A stretch of DNA of 63,406 nt, the filler included, from Phoronis australis (taxonomy: Eukaryota > Animalia > Phoronida), in assembly GCA_002633005.1 (NCBI GenBank). It is 3 parts of 3 records of this genome, joined end to end, with 100 filler letters (N's around TTAATTAATTAA, not from the genome) between each part and the next. Parts side by side here need not be neighbours in the genome. Positions count along the whole stretch, not along the records: positions 45,043 to 63,406 come from NMRA01000077.1; 2 more parts are not named here. One strand, written 5' to 3'. The notes beneath the pieces are model-generated. The model saw nothing but the letters and a program-made list of their open reading frames with translations, had not been told where the DNA came from and did no database searches. Made by a program: the position numbers and the translations under genes. The first letter of the stretch is position 1; the number at the start of each line of letters is the position of its first letter. Shown in pieces: positions 51,190-62,900 of the stretch.

Positions 51190-52098
51190 AGGCGAAGGCA
51201 ACCTATTTTCATGTCATTTCTAGCAAAAATAAGGTTCGTTGATTATCCGAGACATATTTTCCACTTAATTACAGCTTTTCGTAATTTGATTAATTATTCT
51301 TTTTCTACTCCGGAAGTGACGTTTTAGGAGGCAAGGATTTCGCGCCAATTTCTTTTCCCGTAGTCTGACTATATGAGCGTTGACGAGTCAGTCATAGATC
51401 TACCTTGGTTGTCATAAGTTCAGTCGTTGTTTGCTTTTGTTTACGAGTCAGACAACATGCCACACTGTTGCTGCCTACCGGGATGAACTTATTATGGCCC
51501 AAAGCCTGTAAGCAGCCCTGCTGCAATGTTAAGTAGTGGGAGTGAATACAGGCCTCGTTCGACAACCAGTGAAGAGGACAGTTCGTCATTCAATGAACTG
51601 ATCGGTGAGCCAGCTTTGATAAGTTTATTGTGGACTTGTCTAAAGTATTGGAGCTATTTAGAAGGTGCCAAGTGTGTGGCGAGAGTGTCACACAGCGGGG
51701 TGTAAGCAGTTTGTGTGCTCAAGTCACTATCAGTGGGAGTGTGTCGCGGACACTCGGGCAAGTGGGACAGTTGTTCCTCTGTCCGTAGGACGATAATGAG
51801 TACATCCCGGTATGCAGCAACAGTGTGGCATGTTGACTGACTCGTAAACAAAAGCACACGATAACGGAACTTATCAAAACCGTGTGATAGAACAATGACT
51901 GATTGGGCAGCTCTCACAGTCAGATTATACCAAAAGAAATAGGCAGGAAATTCTTGCCTCCCAAATTGTCACTTCTGGAGTAGCGAACGAATAATTTAGC
52001 AAATTATGAAATGCTGTAATTAAGGGGAAAATATGTCTGGGATAACCAACGAACTTTATTTTTGCTATAAAAGACATGAAAAAAGGTTACCTTCGCCT
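51190..52098. mobile_element. Kolobok-like foldback element with long inverted arms
   Basis: TTAA|AGGCGAAGG(C/T)AACCT...AGGTTACCTTCGCCT|TTAA. ~155-bp imperfect TIRs plus inner inverted repeats at 51433-51495 and 51795-51856. Confidence 0.85.
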
Positions 52099-52399
52099 TT
52101 AATTTTTAGTGCCACTATTGTCGCGCATTACGTACTGACACTCTGCCCTATTAGCCTGGATGTTGTATATTATTATGTAATGAACAAGGATGAGAACTGG
52201 TAAGAAATCTGTAAAATTAGAACATTGGAAGTATAATCCAATTTTCTGAAAATTTACTTACGGTGATTTTGAAAGAAACATTCAAATCTTTTGATTATAC
52301 GAATGCTTTAAATCAAGACTTATGATTGCGAGACTTTTTGCTGGTTGTTTTCTTCAAAATTTTATTTACAACTCATTCATTACATTGATTGCTTTTCAG

Positions 52400-52452
52400 T
52401 TTGGAAATCAATGGTGGCCAGCCAGTTTACCCTCCCAAGAAGAGAGCAGAGG
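52400..52452 (+). CDS. ANKAR: ANKAR exon, phase 2-1
   Basis: TTTTCAG|T TTG GAA...GAG G|GTATGT. (S)LEINGGQPVYPPKKRAE resembles ANKAR SLEKNGGP. Confidence 0.85.
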
Positions 52453-52476
52453 GTATGTGTTGGTTAACCTGCTTAA

Positions 52477-53814
52477 AGTATAATGCCACCAAAAACCAGC
52501 TTATTTTGTATCAGTTTAGATACAATAGTTCCACTGCTACAGCAAGTTCAGTTCTTTTCCCTGACAACAGACCGAGGTGCTCAAATTAACCAATGATGTC
52601 ATAGGTTCTAACACAGTCAGTTCAGCAGTTCACAACATGCTTAGCGGTGTCAGCTTATTGCTTGACTTCCTCGCTTTACACCAACAAGTTTAATTTTCGC
52701 CCTTATGGATTTATAGAAATTTCGAACATATCATAGCGTACAAAGTTCGGTAGTACCGAGGTCCGTCGCGGCAAGTTTGGATCTGTTCCGTGGTAAATTA
52801 GAATTATTTTTCCCAGAAATACACAAAGGAGAGCATAGCTGTGTGTTGTTATTTTAGACTTACAAATTGTTTCATTTCTAAACTCACAAAATGCTTGTTG
52901 TAACCCAGTGGCTTGGAATCTGATTAGGCCTGTCGCCGGGGGCCAGACTGGACACTTCACGAACATAAATCAGGCAGGTTAGTAGGCTGCCAAAGTTGAA
53001 AATTAAACTTCCAGTCACAAAAAGACTAGACTAGCAAACCAAAGAAAAAGATGCATGTGAATATTTTGGTAAAAAGTCCACAAAATTGCAAATCTAGTTA
53101 CCATTGAGAGCCGCGAAGCCAAGTTTCCCTTCCACAGAACCCTACAGGGCAAAAGGTGTACAATAACAATGACTCAACTTATGTGCATATATCTAAAATA
53201 AAATTCCTTTAATGTCTGACCACAGCATACTAAATCGAGTTGTTTGGCAACAGCTTTCTGTCAGCAAACACTGACTTAGTATGCGGTCACACGGCATCGG
53301 TGCCCGATCAATTAGTTTCATTGCATCTGAAGCCGGTAACGCAGTATGATTTATTCATTGTTGGTTTCTCAAAGCAGTTGCACTCAAACTCCAAAGGTAT
53401 TACAAATTGTATTTACTGAGACAGTCTTTTCAAACACTTTGTTTCAGTTTTACTAAACATTGGCTAGAGTGAGAATAGCTCATTTTTCAAACATCGCAAA
53501 GCCGCCACAGACACAGAGATATTTCATGGCATTGTATTTGGTATTAACGGCATGCATTTCATTCTTTACTGCCACGAACCACTTCCGAAGCACATATAAC
53601 ACATACCTGCTATCCTTGCAGTTTTATGGTTTGCACTAGCGGGAACGATATGTCACACCATAGCTGTGCTTACTCAGCTAAAGAACCACTGACATCGCTG
53701 CATCATGTACTCAAAACTTCCTCACAGGTTAAACGCGATTGACCATATTCGAGGTGATGTGGATATAGACCGATTAAGACAGTAAAAATGAAATAAATCG
53801 GGTGACATTCTCCT
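52477..53814 (+). mobile_element. Kolobok-like copy of the 33901-35589 family (intronic)
   Basis: TTAA|AGTATAATGCCACC...ATCGGGTGACATTCTCCT|TTAA; colinear with copy B. Confidence 0.8.
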
Positions 53815-55634
53815 TTAAGAAGTTTTGTTGCCTGGTACAAGGCTGTCAACTGTTGCGGTTTTATCGGTTTTATCCGGAATCTACTTACTTTTTGGGCCTA
53901 AAAAGTCACTACGTAGGGATTTTAAAATGTTACAAATTTTGAGCATTTATTTCTCTTCAAAAAATCAGATGAGAAAGTTATAAGGTTATCTCTTAAATTG
54001 TCAATGTTTTGAAGAATCAGATTTGCGAAGATTAGGGCAAAATGTACGGGAAAGTAGCGGAAATTAAGGANGGTCTGACCTGAAGTTGTCGCCGATATGA
54101 TTTGGCCACCAAAAGTCTCTATTTGCTTCAAAACTTCCTTTTTTGCGGCATGGTTTGTGTGTCCCATATCCATGGGATGCTTTCAACTTCGTTTCAGTCT
54201 CTTTTGAAATCATACTCCAACAGTATTTCAAAAAACATCCGATAAAGTACCGATTGAGAACGAAAAACAGCTGCAAAATGGCGCTTGTTACTATGCTGTT
54301 TCTATGATCGGAAATAGCCGAAGTCACCCACGTGACTGGCTCGTCCAATGAAAATGCTAGAAAGTGACGTCATTGCCTATGAATATCCGTTAGCCAATCA
54401 AAATGATGAAAACAGCATATTTTTAGCAGCAGTTCCTGGAAAGTACACGAGTATTATGAATGAACCTAAGGGGAATTCTGAAAATAGAGGTCATGACCTT
54501 TCTAACAGTGTACAACATGGCGGTGTCGGAGATCTGGAACTGCCGTGGACAAGCTGTTGTTTTGGACAAAATTAGGAGACTAAATGCGTTCAAACCAAAA
54601 TTTTTTGGAAGGGTACGTTTGAAAAACCGAAGAATTCAATAAAAAGGGTTAGTTTTATCACTTCTTGGACCACAGAATATTGATTTAGGATGATTATAAG
54701 GATCGAAAATGAGAAAATCTCAAATTGTCAAAATAACATCAAAAATGGTAAAATCGTTTGTAGCGTCCCACCTTAATGTCTGACCACAGCATACTAAATC
54801 GAGTTGTTTGGCAACAGCTTTCTGTCAGCAAACACTGACTTAGTATGCGGTCACACGGCCTCGGTGCCCGATCAATTAGTTTCATTGCATCTGAAGCCGG
54901 TAACACAGTATGATTTATTCATTGTTGGTTTCTCAAAGCAGTTGCACTCAAACTCCAAAGGTATTACAAATTGTATTTACTGAGACAGTCTTTTCAAACA
55001 CTTTGTTTCATTTTTACTAAACATTGGCTAGAGTGAGAATAGCTCATTTTTCAAACATCGCAAAGCCGCCACAGACACAGAGATATTTCATGGCATTGTA
55101 TTTGGTATTAACGGCATGCATTTCATTCTTTACTGCCACGAACCACTTCCGAAGCACATATAACACATACCTGCTATCCTTGCAGTTTTATGGTTTGCAC
55201 TAGCGGGAACGATATGTCACACCATAGCTGTGCTTACTCAGCTAAAGAACCACTGACATCGCTGCATCATGTACTCAAAACTTCCTCACAGGTTAAACGC
55301 GATTGACCATATTCGAGGTGATGTGGATATAGACCGATTAAGACAGTAAAAATGAAATAAATCGGGTGACATTCTCCTTTAAGAAGTTTTGTTGCCTGGT
55401 ACAAGGCTGTCAACTGTTGCGGTTTTATCGGTTTTATCCGGAATCTACTTACTTTTTGGGCCTAAAAAGTCACTACGTAGGGATTTTAAAATGTTACAAA
55501 TTTTGAGCATTTATTTCTCTTCAAAAAATCAGATGAGAAAGTTATAAGGTTATCTCTTAAATTGTCAATGTTTTGAAGAATCAGATTTGCGAAGATTAGG
55601 GCAAAATGTACGGAAAAGTAGCGGAAATTAAGGA
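53209..55634. repeat. 862-bp near-identical duplication (53209-54070 = 54773-55634), probably an uncollapsed haplotype
   Basis: Constant offset of 1564, about 4 substitutions seen, single N at 54071. Confidence 0.85.
54072..54772. mobile_element. One end of a second Kolobok-like element inserted at TTAA
   Basis: Ends ...TTTGTAGCGTCCCACC|TTAA, at the TTAA that is empty in the first duplicate (53209). Confidence 0.6.
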
Positions 55635-56169
55635 AAACGCAAGATCTGACCACTAAGACGTATCTTTAGTAGAAGTGTCGAATGCAATTTGCATACAATA
55701 TTTCCCTTTTGCGATTCGTCAATTCCAGTTTTTGTGAAGGATTGGCCAATGAAAATTGCTCGGTTGGTTTTGCATTGTAGGATATTGTATGCTTTGGAAA
55801 TCATAGGTTTCGAGAACAAAATTTCGGAAACGAGTATATCGATTACATTTAGAAGATGGGAATGGAATTTACCGGGCTTACTCTGATGCCTATAACATCA
55901 TTATGGATCAGAAATTGCCTGATATTGAGCTTTTTGGAGCCGTGGTAGTGTGGGAAGGAATCAACCATGCCAACTTGGAAAACATAGATGTGACAAGCCG
56001 AGTTATTATGTAGGCGTATAAGGCTTTTGTTGTTACACACGATTTGAAATTGAAAATTGTTGTTTTGCTTTGTATGGATGCTTGTTGGGATTGAAATTTA
56101 AACTTTTGGATATCGTACATGTTTTCACTTACAAAATACGAATTTTTAACATAAAGGCTGACAGCCCTT
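55402..56169. mobile_element. hAT-like non-autonomous element, 6-bp TSD CTGGTA
   Basis: CTGGTA|CAAGGCTGTCA...TGACAGCCCTT|CTGGTA. Confidence 0.6.
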
Positions 56170-58436
56170 CTGGTAGACTTCATTGTATAACATTTCCAAG
56201 AGATGGAACAAAAGTAAAATATACCTTGATAGTTTTGTCAGGATAATACTCAATTGACTTGGCGAGCAGATGACGTGGGGGACAACTGGGTAGCCAGTCT
56301 ACTCGATTGACATCTGTTAGTCAAGATGTAATCATGTTAGGGATATCTTGGCAAAACTTATAATGTATCCTGAATATTTGGCCGTGTCTGTCAGAGCTAT
56401 CATCGTATAACATTCTGACCTAAACCGATCAATTATTCAGCTCTTTCAAGATAAGAGAGCTTGTTCAAGCACGATTTTTACGTACCCAATGTTGAACACC
56501 ATGTATCTTTTATTTGTAGTTAAAGTGTTTATAATACTCTAATCTATAATCATGCAGATACTGTTGATGACTTTACTAAATGCTGTCATTCATTTGTAAA
56601 CCAGAAGTCTTGTGGTTGAACTGCATTCACCTAGAAGCTGGTTGTTTTGCAATTTTCTCATTTTAATTTGCAATCTTTCATGTTAGTAGAGTGCGTCAGA
56701 CTAACCAGGGCTAGGTTAATTATTATACAACACCTTACTCTTCAGTATTTATTTTCTTATACACATTATTTTTAAATGCATTTAACTGTCTGATGCAGTG
56801 AATCACTTAGTAATTTTCAAGTAATTGCAGTCAAATTTGCTATTTGTCTTCACATTACTTTTTGAAAATTAATTTCGGAACCCATTTTCAATGCTTTAGC
56901 ATTTAAACCAACATCGTCGAAAACCCCAGTCTGCAACAATTGGGTCGAGTCAAGTCACAGAAGTGATCATTATACTGAAGAATTTCTAGAATTGATTTTA
57001 GATAGAAACAGATTTTTAAAGATGCTGCTGTGTCTGGCTTTTATTTTCTAATCTGAAAATATTTTTAATGTTTTACTTGTTGTTAGACTTGGGATAGAGC
57101 CTGGCAAGAGTGTTGAGGAGTTGAGCACCATTCGTGGTATTGTATTATGCACTCACAAACTATTATTTAATTAGTGATAAGAAGCTGGTCTGTCAAAAAA
57201 TTTTGTTGTAAATGCAGCTTTGAAGGCTATGATGAAGCCATTGGATGCACAACTGTAAGCATCATTATTCAAAAATGGTAAGATTCATTGAAACGTTTTG
57301 TTTCCATTTAGAATGTATGTGTGCAATGTATTTTATTAACCGGTTATCAAATGAAATCTGATGTACACTTCTAAGATCTTTAATATGAACTTATGTCAAT
57401 TCTTTGCCTATTTAGCGCACAATACGGCTGAAAAAAAGTAAAAAAATTCGTGTAAACAAACATTAAAAAAATTTTAATCTAATATGGTTTTGTTTGTACT
57501 GCATATATATAATAAAACAATTTTTGGTGAAATGCCCATTATTTACTGCAAGGTTCAGACTTTAAAAATAGAAAAATTACAATTTTCCGTAGTAAGTGGA
57601 GAATTACTGTACAATTTGTTTTTAATTCTTTTGACATGCCGCTCCGTATTGAAGCACTCTTTGATGCTTAAAAATGTTTGACCATTGTTGTCAGTGACTT
57701 CATTGGTATAATTTGATTAGAATAGTCTTAGGTTATAGGAGTCGTCTCTTTCACACACGATCATGAGGAACCCAGTCCAGGTAAAAATTAACCATCTGAT
57801 GACACACATGTTGATCCTTGGATGGTTGTAGTTTGCTAATGCCCATTGAATTCAGTCCATCAGCTTTGGCTGCTGAGTCACCTAATGTAATGCTTTATGA
57901 CACCTCATTGTGTCATAAAACTATATGTGCCTGTTCACTGTTGGCAGTCCAGCTAGCTGACTGTCTGTTTTGTTGGCAGGTAATGGGGTAATTTAAACTT
58001 GGGCTTCAGTTTACAAATTTAAATGGGTTTTGGCTTGAATTTTCACCTGTTCTAGGTCTGTCATGTGTCCAAGATTATTTATAAGCAACCACTTCTGCAT
58101 TTAGACATAATTAGCACTGTTGTGAGAATACACTGTAGATTTTATTTGAAGCGTAAAATTATTTTTGCTGCATTACTAATCCACTTTGAGTATGAGGATG
58201 TTACGTCGATTCTGAAGTTTGTACTGGTGCCAAACTTTTACTTCGAAATGAGGTGTGTGAGTAGAATTTAGCCTATAAACTTTGCATGGCCTTCACTTTG
58301 GGTCTTGACTATTGTTTAACGAATGGTGTTGATTTTCTTGGTTTTTAAAACACATTTAGATTGGACTATTAAGATAATGACTACAGTATATGACAAGTCA
58401 TGTCACCAATTTGATTGTTAAACATTGTTCTTTCAG

Positions 58437-58576
58437 TCTGTCGCCCAACAACCAGTTTGAGCATGCATCAGAGCATCACATGCAAGCTGAGCCCGGGTCA
58501 GACCAACAGAGCTGTTTCGGCACCAGCGCATGTGAACAGGACACGTACTGCAAACTCTGCATATTCAAGGAAGTAA
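58437..58576 (+). CDS. ANKAR: Probable terminal ANKAR exon (phase 1, stop TAA)
   Basis: TTGTTCTTTCAG| acceptor; phase fits exon 52400-52452. Reads (V)CRPTTSLSMHQ...RAVSAPAHVNRTRTANSAYSRK*. No homology recalled for this part. Confidence 0.55.
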
Positions 58577-58672
58577 TACCGAGTGAATGTATTCTAATTA
58601 CTAATCCAGTTTAAGGTCAGGAAATTGATAATGATACATAAATGCTTAATTATAAATTAAGTCCCGTTTTTG

Positions 58673-59060
58673 CCGTATTTAACGCCCAGGCGCTTAGAAA
58701 TACTGATGGGGGTAGCTTATTTGAAACCTAAGGCTGCCGAAGCCCAGTCCCCGAATATGCTGATATCTGAATCTAAGGTTTAACAAATTTATACTCTGTA
58801 ACATATCTGTAACCTATGGCAGGTATTCTGAAAAATTGGTTGAGCATTGTTAAGAACCTTTGCTTAAATTAGTCCTTTTGTTAAAATTTTTCCTGAAATC
58901 CCATTGTGAAAATTTGTTGCTCACCTAACTAGCAATTCATGAACAGCCGAATATGTGCAATAACAGATATTCATGTACGCTTTCTAACCATATGCTTTCT
59001 ACACAAAGTTTATATCCGAGGTTGCATTATAAGGGCATGGGCGCTTATTAGGGTAAATTC
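58673..59060. mobile_element. Degraded Tc2-type element in the putative 3' UTR
   Basis: CCGTATTTAACGCCCAGG...GGGCGCTTATTAGGGTAAAT; similar to the 5' part of the 18191 family. Confidence 0.5.
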
Positions 59061-60179
59061 TACATCACTTCTGTTATTTTATTTGATGAAAGTTTTGCAT
59101 TTTGGTTGAATGATTTATGAAACTGGTGAAAATTCTCCAACTTTCTTCAGTTTCAGGCAACAAATTTGTGCCAAAATGTCATTCGTATTAAGGCATACTT
59201 CAATAGCTGCAGTGCAAACTATGCTAACAAGTAGATGAAAACTCACTGCATAGATATTGTTGTCATATTGCGTCTAAAAGGCCAAGAAATTTTACTGCAG
59301 TTGTTTTTAATACTTGTGTGGACTTTGATTATCTGAAGTTTTTTACTTTATGGTTAAAATATTTGTTCTATTTTTGATATAGTTTATTTAGCAAGCTGTA
59401 ATTATGCAAGTGATGAAGAAAACAGTTTTTATTTTAAATATTAGATCATGTTTTGAAATTTGTTAATTCTGCAGTATAGTGTTCTGAGGTGATTTCCTTG
59501 ACAATTAATAGCCAATTCCATGTTTTATAGTTAGGCATGTATGAGTAATTTGATTATCCTTTTAAAATTTTATGATATTCTACAGGATGCTTTTTTCACT
59601 GTCTCTCTGGAGGTTGTTCTTATTCCATGCTTTAAAACTGGCTGTTAATCATGACACCTCTTTGGTAGCCATATTGTTCTATTTTTAAAAGGAGTAGTGA
59701 GTATTTTTGATATCTAAACTTTTTATTAAACACCTTGTCATTCCAAACTGATTGAGTATGAATTTGATTTAAACATAATTGAATGTTTGAATTTGATGGA
59801 GGTTAAAACTATTATTTAAGTTGTCAAAAAGCCCGCTTTAGTTTGTGGACCTTAATTACACATCTCACTAGTTGATTTTGTACAGTAACTGTATTTGTTA
59901 GTGAGATATGGTTTTGGATTTTCAAAATTGATTTGCATGAGCATAACTTCAACAAACTCGTTCTGGTTTGGAGGTCCCTTGGGATGTCTGTAAACTACTC
60001 ATTTCTTTTGTATTATATGTTACAAAGCACGTGATCTTTTTATTTGTCAATACCACGCATATTATGTAAATTGTTATGTAAATGGTTATGTAAATTGAGG
60101 TTGTGATTGTCTGTGTTCTTGTGTTTTTGTATTATTTGTGTGTCATTTGAAGTTAATTTGATACAGCCCCAAGTTGTTG

Positions 60180-60185
60180 AATAAA
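60180..60185 (+). promoter_or_regulatory. Candidate polyadenylation signal AATAAA for ANKAR
   Basis: AATAAA ~1.6 kb after the putative stop, followed by a GT/T-rich tract (GGGGTTTTTAGTTTTT). Confidence 0.35.
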
Positions 60186-60234
60186 AGATGTGATCCACGG
60201 GGTTTTTAGTTTTTAACTATTCTCCATTCACTAA

Positions 60235-62173
60235 CGGCATTTTTTCACTCAGGGTGCACACTTTTGTTTCAGAAATTGCATTTTATGAAGTTTTAATTTC
60301 AACTTTGAGACCTATTTTATTGGATTCAACATGACATATGGAGTATCAGTTTAAATTTTTGTAAAGTATCTTCATTTAGTTTTTAAGATTTGGCCTGTAG
60401 AAATAACAAAAATAAGAAATGTGGGCTACGGAGAATACATCATTGGTAACGTTACATCCATGTTGGAAAACACTTAAATCTGGCTTATAAACAACGTTTA
60501 TTACTATGGTAACTCATATACTTGATCACTGAACATCAATATAAAAAACTAGGTTCACACCTGTGTATGCTTCACAAGGTGTGGGTATACAAATAAAACG
60601 GACCAATTGTACTTAATCCTTAGACATACTTAGCACTTAACTATCCTCAGAGTCACATCACAGTCAAAAGCAATGCCCAATTCCATAAACTACCATCAAA
60701 GACGTACAGAAAAACACTTTTCATTATCAGTAAACATTGCACAAATAAATCTCACATAACACAGAGGTCAGTGAGGTGCTACGGAGAATACAAAATGCTA
60801 AGGTAACTGGGAAGAAAAATACTGGAGCAATGCAACACTATTCATTTACTTGTCAATAATAATACTGAATTACAACAAACAGTTGTGTTTAGAAAAAAGG
60901 AAGATAGTACCGTCCTAATTTTCTTTACACTTGTGCAAATACAAAAATATAACACAATGGAAATTAAAATTTTATCCTAGGACAATCGGTCCTTAACTAT
61001 CATCAGAGTCACATCACCATAAATTGGATGCCTATTTCAACTACCCTCAAAGAAATGCAGGAAAGCACTTTCCATCATCAGGAAACATTGAATGCATAGA
61101 TCTCGCACAACACAGAGGTCATGGAGGGGGCTACGGAGAATACGAAATGTGCAGATACCTGCTTATAAGTGGATGAACACGTGAGCCATGCAATATAATT
61201 CATTTACTTGTTAATGCCAACACTTCTGAATGACCAAAGAACATCCGTGTTTTATTACTAACTAGTTTAAACTGAAACAGTAATTTTAGCCAAACTTGAC
61301 TCAAATCCCACCCATAAAAAATCTTTTCAAATGTTCTTGTCTTGGAGAGTTTATTTGTTTCTATTTCCTCAGTACATGCACCTAGATACAAGTTTTTTCA
61401 AACCATGTCAAAGTTGGGGGCTACGAAGAATACAGAGGCTACGGAGAATACGAAAGACATTTTTGCTTATGGTCAATTCAAATCCAGGGCTTGGTCTAAT
61501 ATTTTTTGTGGGTCAAAATAGCTTCAAGATTCCCAATGTGCATTATCAAATATTTTTTATTTATGGAAGAATTTAACGGAATTCAGGCAGGGCTACGGAG
61601 AATACACAGTTTTTCTTAGGTGACAGCGATATTTGGTTGAGGAATCCAATCACTAGGACATCTGGTTTCTAAATCCAATTCTATATACCATCAACCATTA
61701 AAACTATACAGTTCAAAACACTAGTAATGCTTTTCTTTGTCAGCCATGGCTATAAGAGAAGGAGCACATGCAAATTTACATGTTTTGCATAACATTGACA
61801 TCATTTTGCAAGTGTGCCTGAAAATTGTGTTTGACATTTCAGATCCCTGCAATTTCCTGAAGAAAAACAAGAAATACATGTTAGGATCATGAAAAAACAT
61901 TAAATTCCAATTGAATGTGTGATTTAATTAAATGCCATGTGTATTAAAAACATGCAATATTTCAGTGAAACAAAATAACGATGGATTTCTGGCTATTTTC
62001 AGCTATATCAAGGATTACTCTGGCCATAATTAACATTTTTTCATACTTTAACTTGAAATGCGTAAATGTCATAAGTACCGGTGCTAAAACGAGATCATTA
62101 TACAAATATCTGCAAAGGTGAATTGCATAACATAAAAAAATCTTAATTTGCACCCTGAGTGAAAAAAATGCCG
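60235..62173. mobile_element. 1.94-kb non-autonomous TIR DNA transposon
   Basis: Perfect 25-bp TIR CGGCATTTTTTTCACTCAGGGTGCA; TA on the right flank, AA on the left; six GCTACG(G/A)AGAATAC motifs and an internal ~350-bp duplication. Confidence 0.85.
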
Positions 62174-62239
62174 TAAACAATTTCATCTGACTGGAGACTG
62201 GTAGCACGGACGTGGCTCATCTATTTACAGTCAATATGT

Positions 62240-62900
62240 ACTTTTCAACCATCGCGGACTGAGGTCTTTCTCAAACTGAATGTGACTGTAGTGAGTGATG
62301 TAACAAATTACATTACAAGGCTGATGACGAGCACCCTCCGTGCTCGTTTTCCTGAGCAGAGCAATGTATGAAGGGTCCAACTGGAAATGACCACAGTCTC
62401 TATTCATACGACGGTTAACACTTTTCTTGATATAAACAGACTCCTTTATCAATCTGGAAAACTTGTCCTTTATCTAAAATTGTTGACTTCTCCCAGTCAA
62501 TTATAAAGAGCATGGTCTGTGGTACTGAGCAGACTTGTAGAAAACATATTCTGATCCCCATTTTTGAGTGCTATTGAACAGTCTGGTAGATTCAGACTCA
62601 AGATCCTGATGTTCAGAGAGGCGTGAGTCCAATGTCCTACCAGTTTCACAAATGTACACTGCATTACAGCTAGCACATGGGACTTAATAAACTACGCCGG
62701 TACAATCTTTTTCTAGTAGTCCTTGGGGTGAGCTATAAAATAAGGAAACTCACACATCTAACCAAGAGAATTTTATGGGACACAGCATAATTTTAAAGAG
62801 TAACTGCTGTGAAAAAGTTATCCTCGACTTCTGAGCGGCATTTTCAAAGCAAGGTTAAGGGCAAGTTTTCAAATGCGTCTTATTTGTAGGTCCCTGTCTC
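62240..62900 (-). mobile_element. Penelope-like retroelement 3' remnant (GIY-YIG endonuclease)
   Basis: Minus strand: HPKD, GVVY*VPCASCNAVYICETGRTLDSRLSEH, KSA, IDWEKSTILD, RLIKESVYIKK...MNRDCGHFQLDPSYIALL. These are typical Penelope GIY-YIG motifs, with stops and frameshifts. Confidence 0.85.

Noticed and set aside
52453-52589. Read-through extension of the ANKAR exon (ORF 52389..52589)
   Set aside because: A good GTATGT donor lies at 52453, and sequence from 52477 on is a Kolobok end.
57087-57136. Possible extra ANKAR exon (LGIEPGKSVEELSTIR)
   Set aside because: Open only from a phase-2 acceptor, which is incompatible with the preceding phase-1 donor unless an unseen exon intervenes.
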